This document shows positions 32,087 to 42,241 of a stretch of DNA of 64,000 nt, in pieces. Numbering within the stretch: position 1 is the stretch's first letter; every line of letters starts with the position of its first letter. The notes beneath the pieces were generated by a model. That model was not told the origin of the DNA and did not search any database. It saw nothing but the letters and a program-made list of their open reading frames with translations. Source of the DNA: Salinispira sp. (GTDB lineage Bacteria; Spirochaetota; Spirochaetia; DSM-27196; Salinispiraceae); NCBI GenBank assembly GCA_965602015.1, contig OZ271918.1, positions 1,504,001 through 1,568,000 on the forward strand, in the 5' to 3' direction. Made by a program: the position numbers and the translations under genes.

Positions 32087-32685
32087 GCGGCGCCTCCCCG
32101 GGATATCTTGTTTTTTGACATCTTACCCCTGACGACCGCGGCGGTCTGTTGATCCCCGAGGTAGATTTGAATTTTTTTGATATTCGATCGGGTTTCGGGA
32201 ATCTTAACCTTTTCGAATAAATTAACCCGCTGACTTGTGACCCGAAGCTCCTCGGCAATAAGCCGATACTGCTCCTTGAGCACCTCCAGCTCTGCATCGA
32301 GGCTGAGTATTCTCTGCAGCGCCTCAAGGGCCTGATCTACCCACAGAGGCACTTCGAATAAATCGTAATCACTGATGTCGAATTCGAGATTCTCAAAGAC
32401 CGGAATATCGATACCCGCAATATTTCCAGTTGAAGTCTTTAATTCCTTGACCTTAATGTATGCGGGCAAATCCTGCGGATCGGCGAAGATTGCCATCCAC
32501 GCCTCCATTCCCGATTGCAATTCCTCGCGCTCCCGCTCAACGGCGTGCTGCTTTTGCTCTATCTGCCGGAGTACCAGCTGCAGTTGCTGTTTCTTTAACT
32601 GCAGGGTGGGCAGATAGCGGCGGAAGCGCTTGAGGGCGTCTTTTTGGTTCTTCAGCTCGTTTTTGGTAAGCCTAATTGTCGCCAT
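32083..32685 (-). CDS. atpD: V-type ATP synthase subunit D
   Basis: LPTLQLKKQQL and QRVNLFEKVKIP. Confidence 0.95.
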   Translation of the reverse strand: MATIRLTKNELKNQKDALKRFRRYLPTLQLKKQQLQLVLRQIEQKQHAVEREREELQSGMEAWMAIFADPQDLPAYIKVKELKTSTGNIAGIDIPVFENLEFDISDYDLFEVPLWVDQALEALQRILSLDAELEVLKEQYRLIAEELRVTSQRVNLFEKVKIPETRSNIKKIQIYLGDQQTAAVVRGKMSKNKISRGGAA

Positions 32686-32700
32686 TATTCGCTCCGGTTT

Positions 32701-34005
32701 CTACACCGCCTCCGCTTTGGGCCAGAACTTGTTGATCAGATCTGATTTCATGCCAGTTTCATTTGATTCGAAACACTCTGCGAGAATCTCCCATCCCAGA
32801 TCGAGGGCTTTCTCGAGGGGGATATTGACCGAAAGATCCATCATCCGGTCTTCGAACAACTCTCCGTACTTCAACAGTTTCTCGTCCCAATCGCTCATAC
32901 GGAAGCCCATGGATTTTTTCTCCATCGATTCCTTGTAGCTGGCGTAGAGAGTAATCATCGAGTCCATAATTGCCCGGTGATCTTCTCTGGTGTCCTTATT
33001 TACCATCTGTTTGAGTCGGCTGAGGCTACCGAAGGGTTCGATCCGGCCGTTTCTCAGGTAGTACTGACCCTCGGTGATGTACCCGGTGTTGTCCGGAACC
33101 GGATGGGTTACATCGTCTCCGGGCATTGTTGTGACGCCCAGAGTGGTAATCGACCCGGCTCCTTCGAAGTCGACGGCCTTTTCATAACGGGACGCCAGCT
33201 GAGAATAGAGGTCGCCGGGGTAACCTCGGTTTGACGGCACCTGCTCCATGGTTATGGCGATTTCCTTCATCGCATCGGCAAAGTTCGTCATATCAGTGAG
33301 AAGGCAGAGTACCCGCTGACCCTGGAGCGCAAACTGCTCGGCCACCGCCAGCGCGATATCCGGAACCAGCAGCGCTTCCACCACCGGATCAGCTGCGGTG
33401 TGAACAAAGAATATCGTCCGGCTCAAAGCGCCGCCCTCTTCAAGGGCGTCCTTGAACGCCAGGTAGTCATCGTTCTTCAACCCGATTCCGCCGAGAATTA
33501 TGACGTCGACCTCGGCCTGCAGGGCGATCCGGGACAGCAAATCGTTATACGGTTCTCCGGAGACCGAGAAAATCGGCAGCTTTTGGCTTTCGACCAGGGT
33601 ATTAAATACGTCGATCATGGGAATACCCGTCCGTATCATGTTACGGGGGATAATTCTCATTGCCGGATTTACCGACGGACCGCCGATTTCGATCAAATTC
33701 TCCTCAAGACCGGGACCGCCGTCTTTCGGGCGCCCCGAGCCGTCAAAAATTCTTCCAAGGAGATTATCGCTAAATGAGACCTGCATTGGATGGCCGAGGA
33801 ACCGTACCTCGTCGCCGGTGGAAACCCCTCGGGCACCGGTGAATACCTGCAAACTGACCTTCTCCCGATTCAGCCGGATGACCTGGGCGAGGGAGCTTCC
33901 GTGGCGCGAGTTAACAACCGCCAGGTCGTCATAGCGCACATCGTCAGCAGAGACGGTAATAACGTTTCCTTCAATAGATTCTATTTTACTGTATACCTTT
34001 CGCAT
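32701..34005 (-). CDS. atpB: V-type ATP synthase subunit B
   Basis: [32 protein letters not shown]. Confidence 0.97.
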   Translation of the reverse strand: MRKVYSKIESIEGNVITVSADDVRYDDLAVVNSRHGSSLAQVIRLNREKVSLQVFTGARGVSTGDEVRFLGHPMQVSFSDNLLGRIFDGSGRPKDGGPGLEENLIEIGGPSVNPAMRIIPRNMIRTGIPMIDVFNTLVESQKLPIFSVSGEPYNDLLSRIALQAEVDVIILGGIGLKNDDYLAFKDALEEGGALSRTIFFVHTAADPVVEALLVPDIALAVAEQFALQGQRVLCLLTDMTNFADAMKEIAITMEQVPSNRGYPGDLYSQLASRYEKAVDFEGAGSITTLGVTTMPGDDVTHPVPDNTGYITEGQYYLRNGRIEPFGSLSRLKQMVNKDTREDHRAIMDSMITLYASYKESMEKKSMGFRMSDWDEKLLKYGELFEDRMMDLSVNIPLEKALDLGWEILAECFESNETGMKSDLINKFWPKAEAV

Positions 34006-34020
34006 TGACTTCTCGCCCCT

Positions 34021-35790
34021 TTATACGCTCTTGGCCATAAGTTTCTCAGCGCCGTGTACCAGACCGGCTTTATGCTGATCGATCAGGCTGCGGATCTTCG
34101 CTTCGTAATCATCGAACTGAGCGCTCTTCCACTCCGAACCGTTGTAGTCCTTGAAATTCTGTCGGAGCTCATTGAAATAGTCCCGGGCAGCCTTCTGATT
34201 CGGAAGATCGAAGCGGGCGGTGATTATATCCAGGAGTAAATCAAAGACATAGCGCTGGCGCTCCTCGCTTACCGACGCATCGACGGGATCAAAGCTGTCT
34301 TGTTGAAGGTAGACGGCGTCGATGAACTCGCTTTTTAAGTAAACAGTGTAGTCATCCAGGCTGGTTCCCTCTTCCCCGACGACCTTCATCATCTGTCCGA
34401 CCTCGTTGCCCCTGAACAGCACGCCTCGGGCGTATTCAGTCTTGTCATCATCGATGGATCCGCCGTATTTGCTCCAGCTGTCCAGCGGGTGAATCGATGG
34501 ATACTTACGGGCGTTCGCCCGGTCGCGGCTCAGACCATGAAAGGCACCGACGACTTTGAGTGTTCCCTGGGTTACCGGCTCCTCAAAGTTACCGCCGGCG
34601 GGCGAAACCGTTCCGCCTATGGTGACCGAACCGGTGCTGCCGTCCTTGAGCCGAACCAGTCCGGCGCGCTCGTAGAAACCGGCGATCACCGATTCCAGGT
34701 AAGCCGGGAAGGCTTCTTCACCGGGAATCTCTTCCAGACGGCCGGACATTTCGCGCATGGCCTGTGCCCATCGGCTGGTTGAGTCTGCCAAAAGCAGGAT
34801 GTTCAGGCCCATTTGGCGGTAGTACTCCGCAAGGGTCACCGCGGTGTATACCGAAGCTTCCCGGGCGGCCACAGGCATGGAGCTGGTGTTACAGATGATT
34901 ACCGTTCGTTCCATAAGGGTCCGCCCGGTTCGGGGGTCGATGAGTTCGGGAAACTCTTTCAGGGTTTCAACCACCTCACCGGCCCGCTCTCCACAGGCCG
35001 CCACGATGACGATGTCCACCTCGGCATTGCGGCTCATCACCTGCTGGAGAACAGTCTTACCCGCTCCGAAAGGACCGGGAACGCAAAACGTACCGCCACG
35101 GGCTACCGGTAGAAAGGTGTCTATAATACGAACCTTGGTGATAAGCTGCTCAGTGGGCTTCAGCCGTTCCTCATAGGCGTTTATCGCCCGTTTGACAGGC
35201 CATTCAAACACCATACTGATTGAATGAAGATTGCCTTTACTGTCCTCCAGCTCGGCTATTTGCTGGTCTACAGTATATTCGCCTTCGTCCGCCACGGATT
35301 TTACCGTGTATGTATCGAGAAAATTGAACGGGACCATAATTCGGTGTTCAAAAATTCCCTCGGGAACAGTGCCAAGAGTATCTGCCTTTTCAACGGTATC
35401 CCCGGGCTTTACCTTCGGCGTGAATTTCCACTTGGTTTCCCGGTCCAACGCATTGAGATAAACGCCCCGGTCGAGAAAGAAACCGCATTGCTCTGCAAGC
35501 TGGGGAAGCGGATTCTGAAGACCGTCATAGACCTGTTTCAGAAGCCCAGGACCCAACTCAACGGCGAGCATCTCGCCGGAGAAATCGACCGGGTCGCCGA
35601 TTCCGATTCCCCGGGTCATTTCAAATACCTGAAGCTCGACCTGGCTTCCCCGAACTCGAATTACCTCGGATTTTAACCGTTTCCCGTGTACGAGAATATA
35701 GGCAACCTCGTTCAGGGTTACGTCACCGTCGACCTCGACGGAAACCATGTTCCCGTTGACTCCGACAACTTTACCGCTTGTGTTTGTCAT
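34021..35790 (-). CDS. atpA: V-type ATP synthase subunit A
   Basis: Walker A GPFGAGKT, CGERAGE, ADSTSRWAQA, SPAGGNFEEPVTQ. Confidence 0.97.
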   Translation of the reverse strand: MTNTSGKVVGVNGNMVSVEVDGDVTLNEVAYILVHGKRLKSEVIRVRGSQVELQVFEMTRGIGIGDPVDFSGEMLAVELGPGLLKQVYDGLQNPLPQLAEQCGFFLDRGVYLNALDRETKWKFTPKVKPGDTVEKADTLGTVPEGIFEHRIMVPFNFLDTYTVKSVADEGEYTVDQQIAELEDSKGNLHSISMVFEWPVKRAINAYEERLKPTEQLITKVRIIDTFLPVARGGTFCVPGPFGAGKTVLQQVMSRNAEVDIVIVAACGERAGEVVETLKEFPELIDPRTGRTLMERTVIICNTSSMPVAAREASVYTAVTLAEYYRQMGLNILLLADSTSRWAQAMREMSGRLEEIPGEEAFPAYLESVIAGFYERAGLVRLKDGSTGSVTIGGTVSPAGGNFEEPVTQGTLKVVGAFHGLSRDRANARKYPSIHPLDSWSKYGGSIDDDKTEYARGVLFRGNEVGQMMKVVGEEGTSLDDYTVYLKSEFIDAVYLQQDSFDPVDASVSEERQRYVFDLLLDIITARFDLPNQKAARDYFNELRQNFKDYNGSEWKSAQFDDYEAKIRSLIDQHKAGLVHGAEKLMAKSV

Positions 35791-36371
35791 GCCTGTTCTC
35801 CATGTAATTTTTGACTTTCCTGCATGTGGGCGCGAACCGCCCGGTAGTGATCCGCAAAGGCTTCCCGACCCCGCTCCACGGTTAGTGAGCGGCGCCGAAG
35901 CAGGATCTGCAACTTCAAATAATAGGTCAGCATCTGTTCGATGGTAAAAAAATGTCCGACTTCCAGATCTTCAATGTAGGACCAGCGAAGCTCGTCGAGC
36001 ATCTCGTCGGCCCTGAGGGGCGTCTCCGCCTGTATACTGGCGCGAACCGAATCAGCCAGTCCGCTGCGGGCGCTGTAGTCATCGCCGTTTTCTCCCCGCC
36101 TGATATTTTCCTGCCCGTCGCGCTCCAGTTCCGCAGCTCGTTGACGAACGAGCTCGTTGCGAAGTCCGGTTTCCCAGTTGAGAAATCGCTTCACCAGAGG
36201 ATGGGAGCTCTCGGAGCCAAGCGGGTCAAGGCTAGAGGCGGCAATAACAGCAAAATCCCTGTCGCTGCACCAGCTGCGGGCTACATCGAGAAATTCACCT
36301 TCGCTGGGAATACGCTCGGCGTCAAAGCGCAAATACGGAAGGCTCGCCAATGCGTAGTAGTAGGAACTCAC
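35787..36371 (-). CDS. DUF2764 family protein (V-ATPase subunit C-like)
   Basis: YYYALASLPYL N-terminus, WE..LRNEL, HFF...YYLKL; located between subunits E and A. Confidence 0.75.
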   Translation of the reverse strand: MSSYYYALASLPYLRFDAERIPSEGEFLDVARSWCSDRDFAVIAASSLDPLGSESSHPLVKRFLNWETGLRNELVRQRAAELERDGQENIRRGENGDDYSARSGLADSVRASIQAETPLRADEMLDELRWSYIEDLEVGHFFTIEQMLTYYLKLQILLRRRSLTVERGREAFADHYRAVRAHMQESQKLHGEQA

Positions 36372-36384
36372 GAATCAACCTCCT

Positions 36385-36978
36385 CTACTGCGCGACAGCT
36401 ATCAATTCCGAAATACTCTGACTCAGGAATGACTTGATGACTTCCGCAATGCTATCTGCGGAAAAATCATAGTATGCCTTACCGTCTTTTTCCTTGAGGA
36501 TAAATCCGCCGCTCAGACCCTTATTGACCCGGAGCTCCAGACCTGATTTGAGCTCGGCAGCGAGTTTGCCCTTGAGATTGGACTCGATTGATTTCAGGGT
36601 CTTTTCCGGAAGCTCCAAAGCACCGTCGACCTTAAAACCCTTGACCACCTCGGCAATCGCTGTGGCCAGCGTGTCGCCGCTAAAGCTTTCGGAGATGGTT
36701 TTTCCTACCAAAGCGTCGAAGGATTTCTGAAGGGCCTGTTCTACCGAGATAAGCACGTCCCGTCCCGCCTGGCTGACCGCAGACTTTGCGGATGCCTCAA
36801 ACTGCTCGGCATCCCTTTTCGCCTGCTCCCTATAGCCGTCAGCCTCTTTCTTGCCGGCGGCGACTATGGATTCGGCTTCAGCCTTGGCCTTTGCGATAAT
36901 TTCCGCTGCCTGCTTTTCCGCGGTTTCTACACCGTCTTTTTTAATACTGTTAAGGAGATCCTGTACGATTACTTCCAT
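36385..36978 (-). CDS. atpE: V-type ATP synthase subunit E
   Basis: MEVIVQDLLNSIKKDGV coiled-coil start; GGFIL...YDFS; first gene of the operon. Confidence 0.88.
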   Translation of the reverse strand: MEVIVQDLLNSIKKDGVETAEKQAAEIIAKAKAEAESIVAAGKKEADGYREQAKRDAEQFEASAKSAVSQAGRDVLISVEQALQKSFDALVGKTISESFSGDTLATAIAEVVKGFKVDGALELPEKTLKSIESNLKGKLAAELKSGLELRVNKGLSGGFILKEKDGKAYYDFSADSIAEVIKSFLSQSISELIAVAQ

Positions 36979-37043
36979 ATCCTCCCCCGGATAATACTGC
37001 ATGGTTGATATTTGGTTAAAGTCTACATAAATTGTAGGGGATT

Positions 37044-37072
37044 ATTATTACGCCAACAAGGCGGAATGTAAA
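37044..37072 (-). promoter_or_regulatory. Putative sigma70 promoter of the V-ATPase operon
   Basis: TTTACA (37072-37067) followed 16-17 nt later by TAATAAT. Confidence 0.45.
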
Positions 37073-37171
37073 TAATTTTTTATCGAAATAATAAGAAATA
37101 TTTACTTAACGAAAATTATAGTAAATGTTAATATGCATTATTAACACATTTTTCTCAAATACAAGGCTAAC

Positions 37172-37570
37172 CTACATTTCACCGAGATTAAAATTACCGA
37201 CAATTTTTAATCCGCGAATATCACGCTCTACCTTTATATCCCGTTCGGGAAAATGCGTTTTTATCAGCCGGTTTATAAGGTCCTGGACTGACTGCTCTAT
37301 TTCTTCCCTTTTTGCGGAGCTCACCGAATCACTAGTGGCAATCTTCAAGTCAACCACATATCCCCGTCCGTACTGACTACCATATCCCGCAGTGAACTGA
37401 GGCCCGATGTTAAATACCCCGTCCTGGGATTTATTCGAGGTGGTGCCCCGTTCGGGGCGGTTGGGATGGATGCGAAACTGGCTGCCGTAGTTGTCCTCAA
37501 GCCAGTCATCGACCTCATCAAACAACACTTTGAGGCGTTTATTAAACTGTTGCATTTTTGGATGATACAT
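37172..37570 (-). CDS. Hypothetical protein
   Basis: GAGGAG RBS; 132-aa ORF co-oriented after mutS2; HPNRP..G.T and F.AGYGS..GRGY motifs look conserved. Confidence 0.7.
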   Translation of the reverse strand: MYHPKMQQFNKRLKVLFDEVDDWLEDNYGSQFRIHPNRPERGTTSNKSQDGVFNIGPQFTAGYGSQYGRGYVVDLKIATSDSVSSAKREEIEQSVQDLINRLIKTHFPERDIKVERDIRGLKIVGNFNLGEM

Positions 37571-37610
37571 GTAGTCTCCTCAGTGCAAAGATTTAGCTCT
37601 GCCTGTTGCG

Positions 37611-40094
37611 TCAATCGAGATAGACATAGGTTTTGCCGTAGCCGCCGTCTTCCGGAGGGGCGAAAGAAATCTGGCGGACTGCGCTTTGGTCCTCGAGAAA
37701 GCGGTGGATGCCCTGTTGCAGCACGCCGGTTCCCTTGCCGTGAATAACGGAAAAAAATGCGAGTCCGTCAACCGAAGCACCATCCATAAATTTCCGAACC
37801 TCATCGAGGGCTGCTTCCAGGCGCATCCCCCTTACATCCAGGGTGAGGCCGGTGCGAATCCCCGGGGTGCCCCCGGAGCTTGTCCCCGGTGAATTATATT
37901 CTATATGAACTTTTTCCCGGCTATCACCGTGCTCTCTCCTGCCTGCAGACTGAACCAGCTCGAGATCCTTTTCGGAAACGGTCATTTTCATCGAACCGGC
38001 CAGAATGGTCCAGCTATTGCGCTTTTTACCCGCCTCGAGAATTTCCGCCGGTTTTGAACCGCCTTTGTAACGAACCCTGTCGCCGGGGGTGAATGGAATA
38101 TTGCTGGAGGATCGGGTCTGACTGTAGGTTTTTTCCTGCTCGTTGCGAACCGTATCCAGTTCATGGGCCTGATCCCGCGACAGACTGTCCAGGGCCTCCC
38201 GAACGCTGCGGTTTATCTCCCGGTCATCGGAGTCTTCACCCCCGGACGAGGGCGAAGCGGCCTCGCTGCCGGCCCGCCTGCTCAATCGTCTCAGGCGGCG
38301 GCGCTCCTGGGTTAGCTGATAGATAATTTTCTCCGCCTTCTTCCGGGATTCTGCCAGGAACCTGTCATTTTCAAGGAGCTTTTCCTCTTTCAGAGCGAGT
38401 TCCCGCAAAGCTATCTGTTGTGTCTGTTCCTCAATCTCCTCGGCTTTTTTTGCCAGGACGCTCTGCCGCTTTTGGAGCTCCAGTTCAAGACTGCGCATGT
38501 GCGATTGCCGCCTCCGCAGATCCTCGATGAGCTCCTGCATGCTAATCCCGTCCTCGCTCATGTGTTCCCGGGCCCGGCTGACGATTGCCGGGTTCATGCC
38601 TACCCTGTCCGCAATATCGAGGGCATGACTCTCCCCCGGTATTCCCCCGATGATGTTGTAGGTCGGCTTTAGGCTGTCTGCATCAAACTCAACCGAAGCA
38701 TTTTCCATTCGGGGGCTGCTGAAGGCATAGGCTTTTAAAATGTCGTGGTGGGTGGTCACCATGGCATAGACCTGCCGCTTTGAGAGATGTTCCATAACAG
38801 CCATTGAGAGGGCCGAGCCTTCCGCAGGATTCGTTCCGCTCCCCAATTCATCGAGGAGCACCAGGGCGTTATTTTTTGCCCCTTCGAGCACTGCGCTGAG
38901 ATTCTTCAAATGAGCCGAAAAGGTCGACAATCCCGCATCGATAGATTGCTCATCCCCAATATCAACCAACAGATCCGAAAAAATCGGCAGGGCGCTGCCC
39001 TCGCCTGCGGGGATCTCCATACCGCTTTGATGCATGAGGCTTAACAAGCCCAGAGTCTTCATGCTGACAGTTTTGCCGCCGGTATTGGGACCCGACAGTA
39101 CCAGAATTCTGGTCTCTCCCTGCATTTCAATGTTGATGGGGACGGCATTTTTTCCCAAGGCAGGATGTCTGGCAGCATTCAAGATAATACCGCCCCGGGA
39201 AATACTGGCGGCCATGGCTGAAATAGCGGAAGCATAGCGTGCCCTGGCCTGCAGGCTGTTGAAGCGCGTAAATCGCCGGTCGATAGAGCCGATCAAGGGA
39301 GAATCTTCCCGCAGCCATGCACTGCATTTTCTCAGGATTTTATGAACCTCCTGATGATACCGACTGCGGGCTTCATTTAAGGCATTGTTTTTTTCAAGTA
39401 GCTCCTGCGGTTCGATGTATATGGTTTGACCTGAATTTGAGGAACCGTGGACGATTCCCGGGACTTTTCCCCTATAATCGCTTTTCAGGGCGAGTACCAC
39501 TCTGCCGTCTCTTTGGGTCGCCTCGTCGCTGCTCCAAATATCGCGGTTATCCACCAGATACCTGCGGGCATTCTCCTGAATTTGTCCGTGCAGTTTTTGA
39601 ATGCTTCTGATGATTTCCCTGAGTTCGGGAATTTCCTCTTCACGAAACTCGCCCCGGGAATCAAAGTAGGGGCTGATTTTTTTTAGCAGATCCCGCGGAC
39701 TGTCCCATTCAGCAATAAAGCCGCTCATTAGCTCGCGCGTTGATTCGGGCAGATCCTCTCCCTCCAGCAAACCGTTAATCCAGACGAGAACGGCGGCGTA
39801 GGAATTTATCAGCAAAACCAGCCTGGCTATCTGCTCCAGTTCGAGAACCGCCCCTTCCTTTGTAAGCAATGAGATGCTTTGACCCGCATCAGGCAGTTCC
39901 CCGAGTCCGTGAGGCTTTCGTTCAACAAGAAGCTTGACCGCCCCGACCAGGGCCAGTTCGTCTCTCAGGGCATCTTCGTCGAAAAAAAACGGCAGGGTCG
40001 CTAATCCCCGGTGGGGACCTTCGACGAGACTAAAGCCCCGGCAGTTTTGCAACACCTGTTGGTATTCGAGAATGCTAACGCTATGGCTGTTCAT
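37611..40094 (-). CDS. mutS2: Endonuclease MutS2 (Smr domain)
   Basis: SGPNTGGKT, DIGDEQSI...LSTFS, LLDELGSGT, coiled coil, KOW-like region and Smr motif IHGKGTG; ATG 40094 overlaps the rsgA stop. Confidence 0.95.
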   Translation of the reverse strand: MNSHSVSILEYQQVLQNCRGFSLVEGPHRGLATLPFFFDEDALRDELALVGAVKLLVERKPHGLGELPDAGQSISLLTKEGAVLELEQIARLVLLINSYAAVLVWINGLLEGEDLPESTRELMSGFIAEWDSPRDLLKKISPYFDSRGEFREEEIPELREIIRSIQKLHGQIQENARRYLVDNRDIWSSDEATQRDGRVVLALKSDYRGKVPGIVHGSSNSGQTIYIEPQELLEKNNALNEARSRYHQEVHKILRKCSAWLREDSPLIGSIDRRFTRFNSLQARARYASAISAMAASISRGGIILNAARHPALGKNAVPINIEMQGETRILVLSGPNTGGKTVSMKTLGLLSLMHQSGMEIPAGEGSALPIFSDLLVDIGDEQSIDAGLSTFSAHLKNLSAVLEGAKNNALVLLDELGSGTNPAEGSALSMAVMEHLSKRQVYAMVTTHHDILKAYAFSSPRMENASVEFDADSLKPTYNIIGGIPGESHALDIADRVGMNPAIVSRAREHMSEDGISMQELIEDLRRRQSHMRSLELELQKRQSVLAKKAEEIEEQTQQIALRELALKEEKLLENDRFLAESRKKAEKIIYQLTQERRRLRRLSRRAGSEAASPSSGGEDSDDREINRSVREALDSLSRDQAHELDTVRNEQEKTYSQTRSSSNIPFTPGDRVRYKGGSKPAEILEAGKKRNSWTILAGSMKMTVSEKDLELVQSAGRREHGDSREKVHIEYNSPGTSSGGTPGIRTGLTLDVRGMRLEAALDEVRKFMDGASVDGLAFFSVIHGKGTGVLQQGIHRFLEDQSAVRQISFAPPEDGGYGKTYVYLD

Positions 40095-41041
40095 AGTTTT
40101 CGAAATTTCCAATCCTTCATATGCTTGGCCGACTGTTCCATCACAATCAGAGTGTTAATATACGAGTCATATCGATCTTCGTGAATATGGCCCTCTACCA
40201 CCGCATCTTTTACTGCGCAGTCCGGTTCATGAACATGCCGGCAGCCCGTAAGGGCGCAGTGCTGCCCGAAGCCCGGGAACTCAACAAAGAGGAAGCGCAA
40301 ATCGTCGGGGGGAATGCCGTATACATCGAGCTCACGAATTCCCGGTGTATCGATGAGAATGCTGTGCTCATCGAGTTCGTAACTCTTGGCAAGCACTGTG
40401 GTGTGGCGCCCTCGGTTGTACTTCCCGCTCACCTCCGCGGTTTTGACATTCTGATCGGGAAACAGCTGTTTAACCAGGGAAGACTTTCCAACCCCGGATT
40501 GGCCCAGCAGTAAGACGGTCTTTCCCATCCACTGGGCGATGAGCTCGTCGACGCCCCGGTTTTCCTTTACGGAGATACAGTCCAATGAGTAACCGATGCT
40601 GCGGTAATAATCGATCCGCTCCTGCATATCGCCATCGATGCCCTGGTCGGTTTTATTCATGACGATGCGCATCGTCAAACCCTCGCTCTCCCCCAGGGCC
40701 AGCGCCCGATCGATAAACCGGGGCCTGAACGGCGGGCTCACTGGCGACGCCAGAATGACCAGTTCGTCCAGGTTCGCGCCAATGGTCTGGCGCGCCTGAC
40801 GCTTTTTGTTCCATCGGCCGAAGGAGTTGCGCCGGTCCAATCTGCCGGTGATAAGCGCGCTGTCAGGGCTTTCAGGCGGAAACTCCACCTCGACCACATC
40901 CCCCGGCGCCAGGGGGTTATAGCTCGCCTCCTCCAAATTGAGCTTTTTCCCTTTGATTCGTGCTTCCCTAATTCCCCGGGAACTGCGGAGGCTGTAAATA
41001 TTATTCGCCCCCCACAGCACAACGGCGTGGGCATCAGACAT
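40091..41041 (-). CDS. rsgA: Ribosome small subunit-dependent GTPase A
   Basis: NKTD, GQSGVGKSS, GRHTT, DTPG and the C-terminal CxxxxCxHxxEPxC Zn site. Confidence 0.95.
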   Translation of the reverse strand: MSDAHAVVLWGANNIYSLRSSRGIREARIKGKKLNLEEASYNPLAPGDVVEVEFPPESPDSALITGRLDRRNSFGRWNKKRQARQTIGANLDELVILASPVSPPFRPRFIDRALALGESEGLTMRIVMNKTDQGIDGDMQERIDYYRSIGYSLDCISVKENRGVDELIAQWMGKTVLLLGQSGVGKSSLVKQLFPDQNVKTAEVSGKYNRGRHTTVLAKSYELDEHSILIDTPGIRELDVYGIPPDDLRFLFVEFPGFGQHCALTGCRHVHEPDCAVKDAVVEGHIHEDRYDSYINTLIVMEQSAKHMKDWKFRKL

Positions 41042-41891
41042 GCATAACTCCCGAAAACGTCAGCGTAAAGTGTTCGGCGACCCGACGGTAGTAATCCTCG
41101 CGCTCCAAGGCGCTGATGAGAAATCGACCTGGGTCGACAGGCATGTTAGCTTCTTTCCGAACCGGCGTGAGCTCGGGGTACGTGTCTTCACCAAGCCCCC
41201 TGAGGAGCCGAATAATTTGACGGGTAATTCCCTCCCGGGAATCAATTATTTGTGCATCCAAAATCCCCGAGAGGCTGTGCTCCAGGTGGATAAAATGAGT
41301 GCATCCCAGAACAACCGTGTCGCAGCCCGCATCGCTGAACAACGCCGCTATATGCCGCAGTTCGGGGTCCGCGGTAATTCCAAAGAAATCATTCTCGATT
41401 CCTTCGATCAGCCCGGTTGCGGGAATCCGGGTAACCAACGCATCCGAAGCATACTCGGAGATAAGGCTGTCGAGATAAGGGTCTTTCACGGTCTGCTCAG
41501 TGGCCATTATCCCGATGCGGCGGTTTTTAGAGACAAGCGCCGCGGGTTTTACCGCCGGAACCGTGCCCACGAAGGGAATGGAGAATCGGCTGCGCAGAAA
41601 ATCGAGGGCCACAACAGATGCGGTATTGCAGGCAAGGACGATCACATCGGGGGCAAAACGCAGCAGCGCCTTTTCTACCACAGCGGAAAGCCGGGTGCGC
41701 AGCTCATCAACTGTGCGTATGCCATAAGGAAAGAACAGGGTATCGGCGATATACACTGCATCGAAACCTTCTATAAAAGACTGGGCGTGGAGCATGTACG
41801 GAACTCCTCCGATTCCCGAATCAATAAATACTACGCGCCTACGCTTGGGTTTTTTATCCATCTTCTGAGTGTTTGGAGCTTGCCTGTTCAA
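41034..41891 (-). CDS. murI: Glutamate racemase
   Basis: DSGIGG, FPYG, LACNTAS, VLGCTHF; exact start uncertain. Confidence 0.94.
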   Translation of the reverse strand: MNRQAPNTQKMDKKPKRRRVVFIDSGIGGVPYMLHAQSFIEGFDAVYIADTLFFPYGIRTVDELRTRLSAVVEKALLRFAPDVIVLACNTASVVALDFLRSRFSIPFVGTVPAVKPAALVSKNRRIGIMATEQTVKDPYLDSLISEYASDALVTRIPATGLIEGIENDFFGITADPELRHIAALFSDAGCDTVVLGCTHFIHLEHSLSGILDAQIIDSREGITRQIIRLLRGLGEDTYPELTPVRKEANMPVDPGRFLISALEREDYYRRVAEHFTLTFSGVMHV

Positions 41892-42193
41892 TCGTCTGAA
41901 AAAAGGTTCTCGAAGGCCTTCCTGGCCTGGTCTTTTTTTCCGTCACTGTCGCTATCACCGGCTGACCGATGAGTTGACGGTTTTACCGAGAAATAATCGC
42001 AAAAATTGCCCCGCTCTTTATCGCGAACTGCCTCGGGAATATTTTCTGTGCAGTCCCAGTTGGACCCCGGGGAATAGAACCGGCAATTCCTGCAAACCCG
42101 GATATCCCTGTCGCAGCTGGGACAGGTTTCGTTCCTGTTTACGACTCGTGGGAAGGTTAAATCAATGCCGCAGTTGTAGCATGTGCCGTTCAT
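41888..42193 (-). CDS. Small cysteine-rich (Zn-binding) hypothetical protein
   Basis: CYNC, CPSC, CRNC, WDC, NFCDYF. Start set to ATG 42193, 7 nt after TATAAT. Confidence 0.75.
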   Translation of the reverse strand: MNGTCYNCGIDLTFPRVVNRNETCPSCDRDIRVCRNCRFYSPGSNWDCTENIPEAVRDKERGNFCDYFSVKPSTHRSAGDSDSDGKKDQARKAFENLFSDD

Positions 42194-42241
42194 ACCATCG
42201 ATTATATTGCAATCTATCGAGCTCTGCACTAGGCTGGTTTT

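Noticed and set aside
37125..37376. 83-aa plus-strand ORF
   Set aside because: Antisense to the 37172-37570 gene, which has a clear RBS and fits the operon orientation.
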